From an uncultured Helicobacter sp. (GTDB taxonomy: Bacteria; Campylobacterota; Campylobacteria; Campylobacterales; UBA6016), in the NCBI GenBank assembly GCA_964630205.1, contig CAZVTM010000005.1, positions 15,745 to 79,744 of the forward strand: DNA of 64,000 nt. Reading direction: 5' to 3'. The number at the start of each line of letters is the position of its first letter. The stretch's first letter is position 1. The notes beneath the pieces are model-generated. The model ran no database searches. It saw only the letters and a program-made list of their open reading frames with translations, and was not told where the DNA came from. The position numbers and the translations under genes were made by a program. Below, piece by piece: positions 52,608 to 61,974 of this stretch.

Positions 52608-53543
52608 TTACCTTGAAAAATATTGATTAACAAGCTGAGAAATCTCTACCGGACTTGTCTTTGGCATAAAATGGTTAGCGCCGAGCGACAGGGCCATATT
52701 TCTATTTGAGTCGCCGCTCATCGACGAGTTAACCGCTATCGGAATATTTTGCAGGCTGGATTTGCTTTTTAGCTTTTTGATAACCTCAAAACCAGAAACT
52801 TCCGGCATTTCAAGGTCGGTTATAACAAGGCCGCATCTAGACATCTCGGCTTCATTTTCATCTATAAATTCAAGCAGTTTCTTCCCGTTTTCAAAAAACC
52901 TAGTGTTAACACCGAGTTTGTTTAGTATCTCTTTGAGTATTTTTGTGGCTACCACAGAATCCTCGGCAACCAATAAAAACTTGGATGTATCTATGACTCC
53001 GGTTTCAAGGGCGGTATTTCGCACCTCTTCGTCAAGGAAAGGAAATACCTCCGATACCATCTTTTCGATGTCTACTATCTGCACCAAAGAGCCGTCTATG
53101 TAATAAGTATGGTTGTTTATTTTTTTATTCGAATCTCTGCCCATGCTCATTGAAGGCATTATCTCATCCCAGCTTTTTGTAAGTATTCTGTCGGCTTTGT
53201 GGATTCTTATACCGACAAATACGCCAGAAAAATCGCAAAGCATCACCTGCGAGTTTTTCGGATCGAGTCCGCTGCGGCTCAAATCCACATGAAGTCCAGG
53301 CTCATAAGCAAACCATTTTTTTAGGTCAACCAAAGGAACCGTCATGTCACGAACGGTAATGAGCCCCTCCAATAACGAGTCGTTCTCATAGCCGACTAGA
53401 GTCGGTTGTTTGTCGTATCTGATAATTTCCTGCACTTTAAAAACATTGACCGCAAAAAGCTCCCCGCCCTCTTCCAGTCTGAAGCATAGATACTGCACTT
53501 CATTATTTTTGTGTAGTTCCGTCATCCTATCGATAGAGTTCAT
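52608..53543 (-). CDS. cheV: Chemotaxis protein CheV (CheW plus REC)
   Basis: FAVNVFKVQEII, VDIEKM, AEDS, ITDLEMPEVSG. Confidence 0.92.
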   Translation of the reverse strand: MNSIDRMTELHKNNEVQYLCFRLEEGGELFAVNVFKVQEIIRYDKQPTLVGYENDSLLEGLITVRDMTVPLVDLKKWFAYEPGLHVDLSRSGLDPKNSQVMLCDFSGVFVGIRIHKADRILTKSWDEIMPSMSMGRDSNKKINNHTYYIDGSLVQIVDIEKMVSEVFPFLDEEVRNTALETGVIDTSKFLLVAEDSVVATKILKEILNKLGVNTRFFENGKKLLEFIDENEAEMSRCGLVITDLEMPEVSGFEVIKKLKSKSSLQNIPIAVNSSMSGDSNRNMALSLGANHFMPKTSPVEISQLVNQYFSR

Positions 53544-53641
53544 CTGACTAACCTAAACATAAATTTCTCTTAAAACACCAGTTTACATCATTTATGCTTT
53601 TTTTGTAGCGCAAAAATGCGTCTTTTGTTTTAAAACCTTAG

Positions 53642-53650
53642 TGTTATAAT
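53642..53650 (+). promoter_or_regulatory. Extended -10 promoter for the DUF2018-ispB-hemA-proS-hemC operon
   Basis: TGTTATAAT about 38 nt upstream of ATG 53689. Confidence 0.55.
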
Positions 53651-53688
53651 CACCCCTCAAACAAAAAATAATTAGGCTCTTTTTAAAA

Positions 53689-53964
53689 ATGATGCAACTC
53701 TTTGACGAAGACGACGAACTATTCGGTGGAACTATTATCGGCAAGCTGGTAGATATACTCGGCAACGCAAATAAAAATCTAGTTGAACTCGAATTGGAGA
53801 GGCTGCTTACCAGAATGGCGGCAATGGAGATGATGCTAGAGGAAAAAGGGGTCAGCGAGGCAGAGATAAAAAGTTTCATCTTTGAAAATGCGGACAATCT
53901 AAGAGATATGTCAAACTCTCTTGCGCTCACGTTAACGGCGGATATAGTCACCCAAAATGAGTAA
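53689..53964 (+). CDS. Conserved small protein (DUF2018-like)
   Basis: LFDEDDELFGG...NANKNLVELEL...LTADIVTQNE; synteny. Confidence 0.75.
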   Translation: MMQLFDEDDELFGGTIIGKLVDILGNANKNLVELELERLLTRMAAMEMMLEEKGVSEAEIKSFIFENADNLRDMSNSLALTLTADIVTQNE

Positions 53965-55321
53965 AATTTTTGCGCTTTTGTCTCTCCTGTTTTTGCCGCT
54001 TTTTGCGGCGGATGACGGCGCAATTTCATGGAACTATAAAAACGAAGTAACGCTTGCCAAAGACCAGTTGGCGAGATATGAGATAGCCATAGACAACAAG
54101 ATATATACGCTTGACTTTAGATGGACTTTGTATGTCAATAAGGGTCTTGTAACGCTATATAAATACGGCGTGGAAAATCCTAAAAAGAAAATTTCTAGAT
54201 TTCCATACCAAAACATACTATACAAAGACCACAAGTTAAATAGCTTCAAGATAGAGCTAAAAAACAGAGTTTCAAACGCTTTTTTAAAACCGTATGCGCT
54301 GGTAGTATTTAAAGAATTTGACGAAAAGACAAAAAAAGCGACGTTTGACGTGCTAATGAAGGACGACGCAAGACCCGTGCAGGCGGAGAGAGTTTTACCC
54401 AAGGCTGATTATGTGCTAGATAAAGTAACAAACGAAATAAACAAACTTGTAGACGCCATGGGCAACGATAGCGTCAAACAACTTTTTGCCCAAGTAAGCG
54501 GCGGGAAGATGCTTCGCCCTAGGCTAATGCTAAAAATCAGCGCCAATGAAAGAGTATGTGAGCTTGCAGCCGTAGTAGAGCTGATACACATAGCCTCGCT
54601 GCTCCATGATGACGTTATAGACGCTTCGCTTTTGCGGCGCAAAAAACCTACGGTAAATGCGACCGACGGCGACAGGGTGGCTGTAATGTTGGGTGATATA
54701 CTATATTCAAAAGCATTTTCAAAACTTGTATCCTTCTCTCCAGAGATTGCCTACAAAGTCTCAAATGCAGTAACGCTTCTAAGTCTCGGCGAGCTAGAGG
54801 ACGTAGAGATGTCAAAAGAGCTGAATACCGATGAAGATAAATACATAGAGATGCTATATAAAAAAACAGGCTCTCTCATCGAGGCTGCGGCAGTGTCTGC
54901 GGCGATGCTTGAAGGTATAGAGACTGCCGGGATAGAAGCATACGCTAAAAGCCTAGGGGTTGCTTTTCAGTTGATAGACGACTTGCTTGACATCACCGCA
55001 GATGAGGCGACGCTCGGCAAAAAGCCGTTTAGCGATTTTGCAGAGGGTAAAACAACGGTAGCGTATATGCACCTATACAAAAACGGCGGACAAGAGGCAA
55101 AAGAGTTTTTAAAAAGTATCTATAAGCAAGAGATAGACGAGACACAAAAGGGGAAACTCTTATCCTTGTTCGAACAATACGGCTCTTTGGAGTACTCTGT
55201 GGCTTTGGCGAAAAAAATAACCGAAGCGGGACTTGCAGCGTTGCAAAACTCAAACATAGACGACAACTTAAAAACAGAATTGGCACAAACGGCCAAAAGC
55301 CAGCTTTCTAGACTATTTTAA
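53957..55321 (+). CDS. ispB: Exported protein (first ~152 aa) in frame with polyprenyl diphosphate synthase; IspB probably starts at GTG 54413
   Basis: Signal peptide and FRWTLY domain, then GGKMLRP, SLLHDDVID, FQLIDDLLD, GKTT. Confidence 0.85.
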   Translation: MSKIFALLSLLFLPLFAADDGAISWNYKNEVTLAKDQLARYEIAIDNKIYTLDFRWTLYVNKGLVTLYKYGVENPKKKISRFPYQNILYKDHKLNSFKIELKNRVSNAFLKPYALVVFKEFDEKTKKATFDVLMKDDARPVQAERVLPKADYVLDKVTNEINKLVDAMGNDSVKQLFAQVSGGKMLRPRLMLKISANERVCELAAVVELIHIASLLHDDVIDASLLRRKKPTVNATDGDRVAVMLGDILYSKAFSKLVSFSPEIAYKVSNAVTLLSLGELEDVEMSKELNTDEDKYIEMLYKKTGSLIEAAAVSAAMLEGIETAGIEAYAKSLGVAFQLIDDLLDITADEATLGKKPFSDFAEGKTTVAYMHLYKNGGQEAKEFLKSIYKQEIDETQKGKLLSLFEQYGSLEYSVALAKKITEAGLAALQNSNIDDNLKTELAQTAKSQLSRLF

Positions 55322-55330
55322 AGGCGACGG

Positions 55331-56626
55331 ATGCACTATCTAACGGTAAGTTTTTCACACAAAAACAGCGACATAGCAGTCAGGGAAAAACTTGCGTTCA
55401 ACGAAGAGGCAAAAGAACGCTCTCTAAAAATGCTAACGGATACTAAAGTCATATCCGAGGCCGTCATAATATCTACATGCAACAGGGTTGAGGTATTCGT
55501 AAGCACGAAAGATTCGGGCCTTGCTATCCCTTTTGTATTTGAGATGCTATCGGTGCATTCCGGACTAAGCGCAGACGAACTAGAGGGCAGAGCCGACGTA
55601 TTCGAAAACGAAGGGGCGGTACATCACCTTTTTGCAGTCGCAAGCTCGCTTGATAGTATAGTCATAGGAGAGACGCAAATAGCCGGACAAATAAAAGAGG
55701 CTTTTAGATTTGCAAAAGAAAAAGGGTATGCGGGACACAAAATATCAAGGGTTATGCAGTATGCCTTTCGGTGTGCGGCGGAGGTGCGAAACCAGACCCA
55801 AATAGCCAAAAAACCGGTATCGGTTGCGAGTGTAGCCGTAGATAAGGCGAGAAAACTACTAGGTACGCTAGAAAACGAGTGTGCGGTAGTCGTCGGTACC
55901 GGCGAAATGGGTGCGCTGACCTGTAGATACCTATACGATGCGGGAGCAAAAGTAATATTAGTTAGCAGGACTCTTGAAAAAGCAAAAACAATGGCTGAAG
56001 AGTTTGGAGAAAATGCATCCGGAGCCGACTATTCACGCCTAAAAGAACTTGCGAATGCGCATAAACTATTGTTTTCTGCCACCGGCGCACCGCATCCAGT
56101 GCTTGAAGACTCGATTGTTGAAAAAAGAGACTTTAGACGAATATGGTTTGACATATCTGTTCCAAGGGATATCGAAATAGATGATAATCACGGGATAGAG
56201 GTGGTCACGGTTGATGACTTGCAGGACATAGTAGCCCAAAACCAAATGCTTCGGGCAGAAGAGGCAAGGGCTGCATATAGCCTTGTAGGCAGCTATACGA
56301 TGGAATTTTTCAAGTGGATTAGCGCCCTTAGTGTAGATCCTATAATCAAGGAGCTAAGAGCAAAAGCGCAAGAGATAGCCGAAAAAGAGATTAAAAATGC
56401 TGTCAAAAAAGGGTTTATACCAAAAGAGCTTGAAGAAGAAGCCTCAAAACTTCTGCACAGCGCATTTAAAAAGTTTATGCATGAACCGACGGTAAACCTG
56501 AAGGCGATGGCCGATAATCCTAGACTTGACGGCATAGTAGAGGCGCTTAAATATCTTCACAACCTGGAAAGTGAAGCTATTGGAATCGGCAAATACGACG
56601 AAACAGATATGAGGGACGGGCAATGA
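55331..56626 (+). CDS. hemA: Glutamyl-tRNA reductase
   Basis: STCNRVE, LDSIVIGETQI, VGTGEMG, DISVPRDI. Confidence 0.96.
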   Translation: MHYLTVSFSHKNSDIAVREKLAFNEEAKERSLKMLTDTKVISEAVIISTCNRVEVFVSTKDSGLAIPFVFEMLSVHSGLSADELEGRADVFENEGAVHHLFAVASSLDSIVIGETQIAGQIKEAFRFAKEKGYAGHKISRVMQYAFRCAAEVRNQTQIAKKPVSVASVAVDKARKLLGTLENECAVVVGTGEMGALTCRYLYDAGAKVILVSRTLEKAKTMAEEFGENASGADYSRLKELANAHKLLFSATGAPHPVLEDSIVEKRDFRRIWFDISVPRDIEIDDNHGIEVVTVDDLQDIVAQNQMLRAEEARAAYSLVGSYTMEFFKWISALSVDPIIKELRAKAQEIAEKEIKNAVKKGFIPKELEEEASKLLHSAFKKFMHEPTVNLKAMADNPRLDGIVEALKYLHNLESEAIGIGKYDETDMRDGQ

Positions 56627-58356
56627 AATTTTCACGAACACTGATAAATACGATAAAAGACTATAAAACAGATAGCGACGAGCAAGGGCTACGAAGTCAA
56701 GAGTATCTCACTAGAGGCGGCTTCGTCCTCCAAATAGCTAGCGGTATCTACGACTTTTTGCCGCTGGGCAAAATGATGCTTGACAACATCCAAAATATCA
56801 TCAAAGAAGAGCTAAACAACGCCGGATGCGTAGAGGTAGACCTAGCTTTTGTATGCCCCGAAGAGCTATGGCAAAAATCCGGCAGAGCCGAAAAATACGG
56901 CAAAGAGCTTTTGAGATTTGATGATAGAAAAGGTCAGAAGTTTGTCCTATCTCCGACTTGCGAAGAGATGATGGTTGAGCTGGCAAAATCGAAGATAACA
57001 AGTTATCGACAGCTACCGATGAATATCTATCAGATAAAACTCAAATTTCGTGACGAAGTTCGTCCTAGATTTGGACTCTTGCGGGGTCGTGAATTTGTCA
57101 TGAAAGACGGCTACTCTTTCCACGAAAGCGAAGAAGATATGTTGAGAGAGTTTCACCTGATGGAAGAGACTTACAAAAAGATATTTAAGCGCCTAGAGCT
57201 TGACTTCAAAGTCGTGGAAGCCGATAGCGGTGCGATAGGCGGCAGCGGAAGCAAGGAGTTTATGATACTAGCTAACGCCGGAGAGGATACTCTAGCCATC
57301 TGCAAATCTTGCGAATACGGCGCAAATGTCGAAGCGGCAAGGAGAAAACCGAAAAAAAGGGTAAGAGCGGACGTCGCAACACCTAGCGAAGTGTACACGC
57401 CAAACATCAAAAGCATAGCCGATTTGGCTGCGTTTTTTGGTACCGATGCAGGCAATTTCGTCAAAGCGGTAGTCAAAGAGGCGATATACGAAGACGGCTC
57501 ACAAAACACTCCGGTCGTGTTTTTCATAGCCGGGGATGACGAACTGGAGGAGACAAAAGCCCTCAATGCCTGCGGCGCACTAGCCCTTGTAGACATAGAC
57601 GAAGCCGGGTTAAAAGAGAGATATGCGGATAAAAACATCACTTTAGGCTTTGTAGGACTGGGCGTAGAGTGCGAATATTTCGTAGACTCTGAACTACTGG
57701 ATAGAAACGACATGATAACTGGCGCAAACAAGGCTGATTACCACACAAAAGGGGTTAGCGTCAAAGCGCCGATAGAGAGAGTCAAAGACCTAGTCTTAGT
57801 GCAAGAAGGCGACGCTTGCCCAAAATGCGGCGCAGACCTCTCGTACGCCAAGGGGATAGAAGCGGGACATATCTTCCAGCTTCGCACTAGATACTCAGAG
57901 CCGCTAAATGCGAAATTTTTGGACAAAAACGGCAAAACCCAGCCGTTTGTGATGGGTACATACGGCATAGGCGTTAGCCGCTTGATATCTGCGATTATAG
58001 AGCAAAATTCGGATGAAAAAGGGTGTATACTCCCTGCATCCGTCGCACCTTATCAAGTAAACATCATCGTCTCGAACATGAAAGACGAAGCGCAAAGAGC
58101 GGCGGCAGAGGAAGCGTACTGTAACCTAAAGGATGCCGGAATTAGAGTTATACTTGACGACAGAGACGAAAGGTACGGACACAAAATGGCCGACTTTGAA
58201 CTTATAGGCTTTCCGTATGCTCTTATAATCGGCAAAAACATAGCGGATAAAACGGTGGAAATCGTAAATAGACGCACTCTGACAAAAGAGCCGATGAGTC
58301 TATCTGAGGCTATCATCGAATTAGACAGAAGAATTTTTGGAAGGGCAAACCAATGA
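56623..58356 (+). CDS. proS: Proline--tRNA ligase
   Basis: SGIYDFLPLG, LSPTCEE, FRDEVRPRFGLLRGREF, GHIFQL, MGTYGIGVSR. Confidence 0.97.
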   Translation: MKFSRTLINTIKDYKTDSDEQGLRSQEYLTRGGFVLQIASGIYDFLPLGKMMLDNIQNIIKEELNNAGCVEVDLAFVCPEELWQKSGRAEKYGKELLRFDDRKGQKFVLSPTCEEMMVELAKSKITSYRQLPMNIYQIKLKFRDEVRPRFGLLRGREFVMKDGYSFHESEEDMLREFHLMEETYKKIFKRLELDFKVVEADSGAIGGSGSKEFMILANAGEDTLAICKSCEYGANVEAARRKPKKRVRADVATPSEVYTPNIKSIADLAAFFGTDAGNFVKAVVKEAIYEDGSQNTPVVFFIAGDDELEETKALNACGALALVDIDEAGLKERYADKNITLGFVGLGVECEYFVDSELLDRNDMITGANKADYHTKGVSVKAPIERVKDLVLVQEGDACPKCGADLSYAKGIEAGHIFQLRTRYSEPLNAKFLDKNGKTQPFVMGTYGIGVSRLISAIIEQNSDEKGCILPASVAPYQVNIIVSNMKDEAQRAAAEEAYCNLKDAGIRVILDDRDERYGHKMADFELIGFPYALIIGKNIADKTVEIVNRRTLTKEPMSLSEAIIELDRRIFGRANQ

Positions 58357-59198
58357 AAAAGCTAGCTTTTCTTTTCGTAGTATTATCGACACTTGCGTTA
58401 TCGGCAACCAATAAAGAGATTGAAGACTACAAAACAACGGTATTCAAAAGCCACAAACAAGCAAGTATAAAATCGGTCAAAGTAATCTCAAGAGAGCCGA
58501 TGGACGGATTTGCCGGCTGGGAGGCTGTCGTTATAACAATAGAGGTAGCGCTTGATAAAGGAAACGGCAAAAAGCAACTTATCAAGTTTTCCGATACGGT
58601 GTTTGTAAACGGAGATATTATCGCTGACGACATAGCCAATCCAAAAAAACAAAAGAGTGCAAAAGAGAGTTATAAACCAACGCCAGACCCTTCTTATTAC
58701 GACAACGAACACCTAGTGGCAGGAAATAAAAACGCAAAAAATAAGGTTTTAGTATTTAGCGATCCCCTATGCCCTTTTTGCAGAGATATGGTCCCTGATA
58801 TAATAGCCGCCGGGGTAAAAAATCCATCTAAGCTAGCCGTATATCACTACTCTTTCCCGCTTCTTAGCATCCATCCGTCGTCAGAGCACATAGTTAAAGC
58901 CGAGATTAGCCAAAGAGCGAACATAAAAAATAAAGCCGAATTTTTAACCAAACTATACGGCACTGAAGTTGCCCCAAATGAAACCGACGAAACAAAAGTA
59001 GCGGCAAAACTAAGCGCCGAATTAGGGCTAAAAATCCAAAAGAGCGACATGGATAAAAAAGATGTACAAAAAGAGTACGATGAAGAGCAACAAAGAGCAT
59101 TCAGGCTGCTAGTAAGAGGTACGCCTACTATATTTATCAACGGCGAACTAGACCAAACTAAAACAAAAATTCAACAACTACTAAAAGAGATGAAATGA
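58353..59198 (+). CDS. Exported DsbC/DsbG-like thiol:disulfide oxidoreductase
   Basis: Signal peptide, N-terminal dimerisation-like domain, FSDPLCPFC, VRGTPTIFING. Confidence 0.8.
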   Translation: MKKLAFLFVVLSTLALSATNKEIEDYKTTVFKSHKQASIKSVKVISREPMDGFAGWEAVVITIEVALDKGNGKKQLIKFSDTVFVNGDIIADDIANPKKQKSAKESYKPTPDPSYYDNEHLVAGNKNAKNKVLVFSDPLCPFCRDMVPDIIAAGVKNPSKLAVYHYSFPLLSIHPSSEHIVKAEISQRANIKNKAEFLTKLYGTEVAPNETDETKVAAKLSAELGLKIQKSDMDKKDVQKEYDEEQQRAFRLLVRGTPTIFINGELDQTKTKIQQLLKEMK

Positions 59199-60145
59199 AA
59201 AAACTAATTATCGCTACGCGCGCATCCAAACTTGCACTTTGGCAGTCAAACCACATAAAATCGGTACTAGAAGCTGCCCATCCGGGACTAGAAGTGGAAC
59301 TAAAGCCGATAAAAACTACGGGTGATAAAATACTAGACACGCCGCTTGCGCTAATAGGAGGCAAAGGGCTTTTCACAAAAGAACTTGAAGAAGATATGCT
59401 AAGCGGCGGCTCACACATGGCTGTACACAGCCTAAAAGACGTTCCTACAAAATTCCCGGATGGACTGGTACTGGCGGCTGTAACAAAAAGAGAAGATCCA
59501 AGAGACTGCTTTTTATCTTTCAAATATGAGACGTTGGAGGCTCTTCCAAGCGGAGCCGTAGTCGGGACAACAAGCCTAAGACGGAGAATGCAGCTTAAGG
59601 CTGTACGCCCAGACCTTACAATCAAAGATCTAAGGGGCAACATCGATACTAGACTTAGAAAACTTGAGGACGGTGAATTTGATGCCATTATACTCGCCAC
59701 GGCAGGCATCAAGAGACTTGGACTGATTGACGGAGTCAAATTTGCCGTTCCTATAGAAAGAGACGTCATGACACCGTCCATGGGGCAAGCGGCTCTTGGA
59801 ATAGAGAGTATCGATAACGACGAAGTAATAGAGCTGCTAAGCGTGCTAAACGATGAAGATGCAATGATAGAAACCACCATTGAAAGAGATTTTGTCGATA
59901 CTTTGGAGGGTGGCTGCCAAGTGCCTATAGGTGTAAACGCCAAAATTATGGATGACGACAGAGTAGAAGTACTGGCGATTATAGGTATGCCGGACGGCTC
60001 CGAAATGATGAGCAAGGCGATTACGGCAGACATAGAAGACTTTGAGGAAATAGGCGGAGAGCTAGCACGTGAATTTTTAGCCGAGGGAGCCGACAAATTG
60101 CTTGCCGCCGCCTGCAAAATGGGCGAAGAGATACTGAAAAAGTAG
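59195..60145 (+). CDS. hemC: Hydroxymethylbilane synthase
   Basis: ATRASKLALWQ, GKGLFTKELE, AVHSLKD, GTTSLRR, RGNIDTRL, GGCQVPI. Confidence 0.98.
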   Translation: MKKLIIATRASKLALWQSNHIKSVLEAAHPGLEVELKPIKTTGDKILDTPLALIGGKGLFTKELEEDMLSGGSHMAVHSLKDVPTKFPDGLVLAAVTKREDPRDCFLSFKYETLEALPSGAVVGTTSLRRRMQLKAVRPDLTIKDLRGNIDTRLRKLEDGEFDAIILATAGIKRLGLIDGVKFAVPIERDVMTPSMGQAALGIESIDNDEVIELLSVLNDEDAMIETTIERDFVDTLEGGCQVPIGVNAKIMDDDRVEVLAIIGMPDGSEMMSKAITADIEDFEEIGGELAREFLAEGADKLLAAACKMGEEILKK

Positions 60146-60154
60146 GGTTTTGAG

Positions 60155-60757
60155 TTGAAAAATAGGCTTTTGGAGTTTTACTCGTCTAGAAAGGTTTTTT
60201 TGGACACGATAGACTCTAGCCTTATAGACAAATCGCTCGTGTACGACAGAGAGTTTGGCTTTGAAGCAAATCCCATCATGTTAATAGGTGAGGCTCCCGG
60301 TGAAAACGAAGCAAGAGAGGGTCGTCCTTTTTGCGGCGCCGCCGGCAAAAATCTCGCCAAACTGATAGAGGCGAGCGGTATAGATAGAAAAAAACTTCTA
60401 ATCACAAACGCTTTCGCATTCCGTACTTTCGAGACAACCGAGCGTGGCGTCAAAAATAGAACGCCAAGCGGCACGGAGCTTACACTGGGCGCATCGATGC
60501 TTTTGCAGGAGATAGCGATAGTAAAACCAAAGGCTATAATACTGCTTGGCGGAAGCGCCGAAAAAGCCGCCATGAAAATGGACGACAAAGACCTAAAAGC
60601 TGCATTTAAATCGCTGCAAAAACACGAAATCAAAAACGTATCTGGGCTATATCTAGCAAAGACCCACCACCCTAGCCCTTTGGTATTTAACAGACCGGAC
60701 AAAAGAGCCGAACTTTATGAATTTTTCGGCAGACTCAGTGAGCAACTCGGAAAATAA
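60155..60757 (+). CDS. Uracil-DNA glycosylase superfamily protein (family 4-like, no Fe-S cysteines)
   Basis: IGEAPG, GRPFCGAAG, ITNA, NRTPS, LLGGSA, HHPSP. Confidence 0.85.
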   Translation: MKNRLLEFYSSRKVFLDTIDSSLIDKSLVYDREFGFEANPIMLIGEAPGENEAREGRPFCGAAGKNLAKLIEASGIDRKKLLITNAFAFRTFETTERGVKNRTPSGTELTLGASMLLQEIAIVKPKAIILLGGSAEKAAMKMDDKDLKAAFKSLQKHEIKNVSGLYLAKTHHPSPLVFNRPDKRAELYEFFGRLSEQLGK

Positions 60758-61496
60758 AGATAAAATTATCGGGCTACTAGCCTCGGTAATCATACACGCC
60801 CTTTTAATCGGACTCGGATTTTGGCTTCTAAATACTCAAAAAAATAACTCCGCAAAAGTAGAGCGCAAAACGCTAAACCTGAGCCAATTTAAAAGCCAAA
60901 CAGACGAAACAGCTAGGGCAAGCGACATCAAAAAACCTATCCAAAGGCAACCCCAAAAACCTGCCAAACAGATAAAGCCACAAAAAAAAGCTCCACCGAT
61001 AAAAGAAGTTCCAAAAGCCAAAGAGCCTATCAAGCAGACAAAACAAACAGAGCGAAACGTCACGACCAAAACAGTCCAGCAGTCTACATCAAAACCAAGC
61101 GGATCTTCAAAGCTGTTTGAGCTAAGCAAACAAATGGCGATGGCCAAAAAAGAGGCCGGAGGACCTATAAAAAAACTATATGGGGAGGAGTTTGAGAGAT
61201 TAGGCAAGGAGGAGCAAAAATTTATAAAAGATAACCTCGGCTCAATAGGGAGAATAACCGAGAAATACATGAGATATCCGGATGTAGCGGCACAGTTTAG
61301 GCAAGAGGGGACAAGCCTCGTGGAGTTCTATCTATATCCAAACGGAGACATAAGCGATATGCGCCTTATCACAAGCTCCGGCTACAAAACCATTGATAAA
61401 AGCGCCATGGAATCTATATGGGTCGCCTACAAAGACTATCCTCGCCCATCAACCAAGACATTAATCAGGATGTATATGCAATACAGTATCTACTAA
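60717..61496 (+). CDS. TonB-family energy transducer (true start may be GTG 60738)
   Basis: TM anchor with SVIIH, Pro/Lys-rich linker, RYPDVAAQFRQEG...SSGYKTID C-terminal domain. Confidence 0.85.
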   Translation: MNFSADSVSNSENKDKIIGLLASVIIHALLIGLGFWLLNTQKNNSAKVERKTLNLSQFKSQTDETARASDIKKPIQRQPQKPAKQIKPQKKAPPIKEVPKAKEPIKQTKQTERNVTTKTVQQSTSKPSGSSKLFELSKQMAMAKKEAGGPIKKLYGEEFERLGKEEQKFIKDNLGSIGRITEKYMRYPDVAAQFRQEGTSLVEFYLYPNGDISDMRLITSSGYKTIDKSAMESIWVAYKDYPRPSTKTLIRMYMQYSIY

Positions 61497-61514
61497 TTTG
61501 GAACGCCCTTTGCT
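61497..61514 (+). promoter_or_regulatory. Sigma54 (-24/-12) promoter
   Basis: TTTGGAACGCCCTTTGCT; GG at 61500-61501 and GC at 61512-61513. Confidence 0.8.
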
Positions 61515-61543
61515 CATAAAGCCCAAAAAACTTAGGGGGCAGA

Positions 61544-61930
61544 ATGCAGATAGGCGGTGTAAATTCATTTATCTCACAACTTTCATCTCTCCTGCAAAAA
61601 AAGACAAATAACGACAGCTCATACACTCCGCCAAGCGGCGAAGTACTTATCAACTCAATCTTAGAGAAGCTCTCAATCGATAAAAAAAGCGATATGAAAC
61701 AGCAAGAGGTAGAGCGAAACCTAACCGGTTTTGGAAAAGAGGCCGACGAATACGTGAAGCGTATATCGCAATTAAGTGCTGAAATATATAGGGTAACCCT
61801 AGAAAATGAGCTAAAAAATAAAATCAAAGAACTCACCCAAAAAGAACAGCTAAACAAAGTCGCTATTTATCAAAATACGGCCAACTACTCGAGCGGATAT
61901 AACTCTACAGGACTTAGCCTCTACTCATAA
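61544..61930 (+). CDS. Hypothetical 128-aa protein under a sigma54 promoter
   Basis: GGGG SD, open 128 aa, coiled-coil core, no Sec signal. Confidence 0.75.
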   Translation: MQIGGVNSFISQLSSLLQKKTNNDSSYTPPSGEVLINSILEKLSIDKKSDMKQQEVERNLTGFGKEADEYVKRISQLSAEIYRVTLENELKNKIKELTQKEQLNKVAIYQNTANYSSGYNSTGLSLYS

Positions 61931-61946
61931 CGGAACGCAAAGTGCA
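61931..61946 (+). promoter_or_regulatory. Second, weaker sigma54-like promoter ahead of the ArsC-family gene
   Basis: CGGAACGCAAAGTGCA; GG at 61932-61933 and GC at 61944-61945; two non-consensus positions. Confidence 0.4.
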
Positions 61947-61974
61947 AGACCAAGGTAAAACAAAAGAGGTTTTA

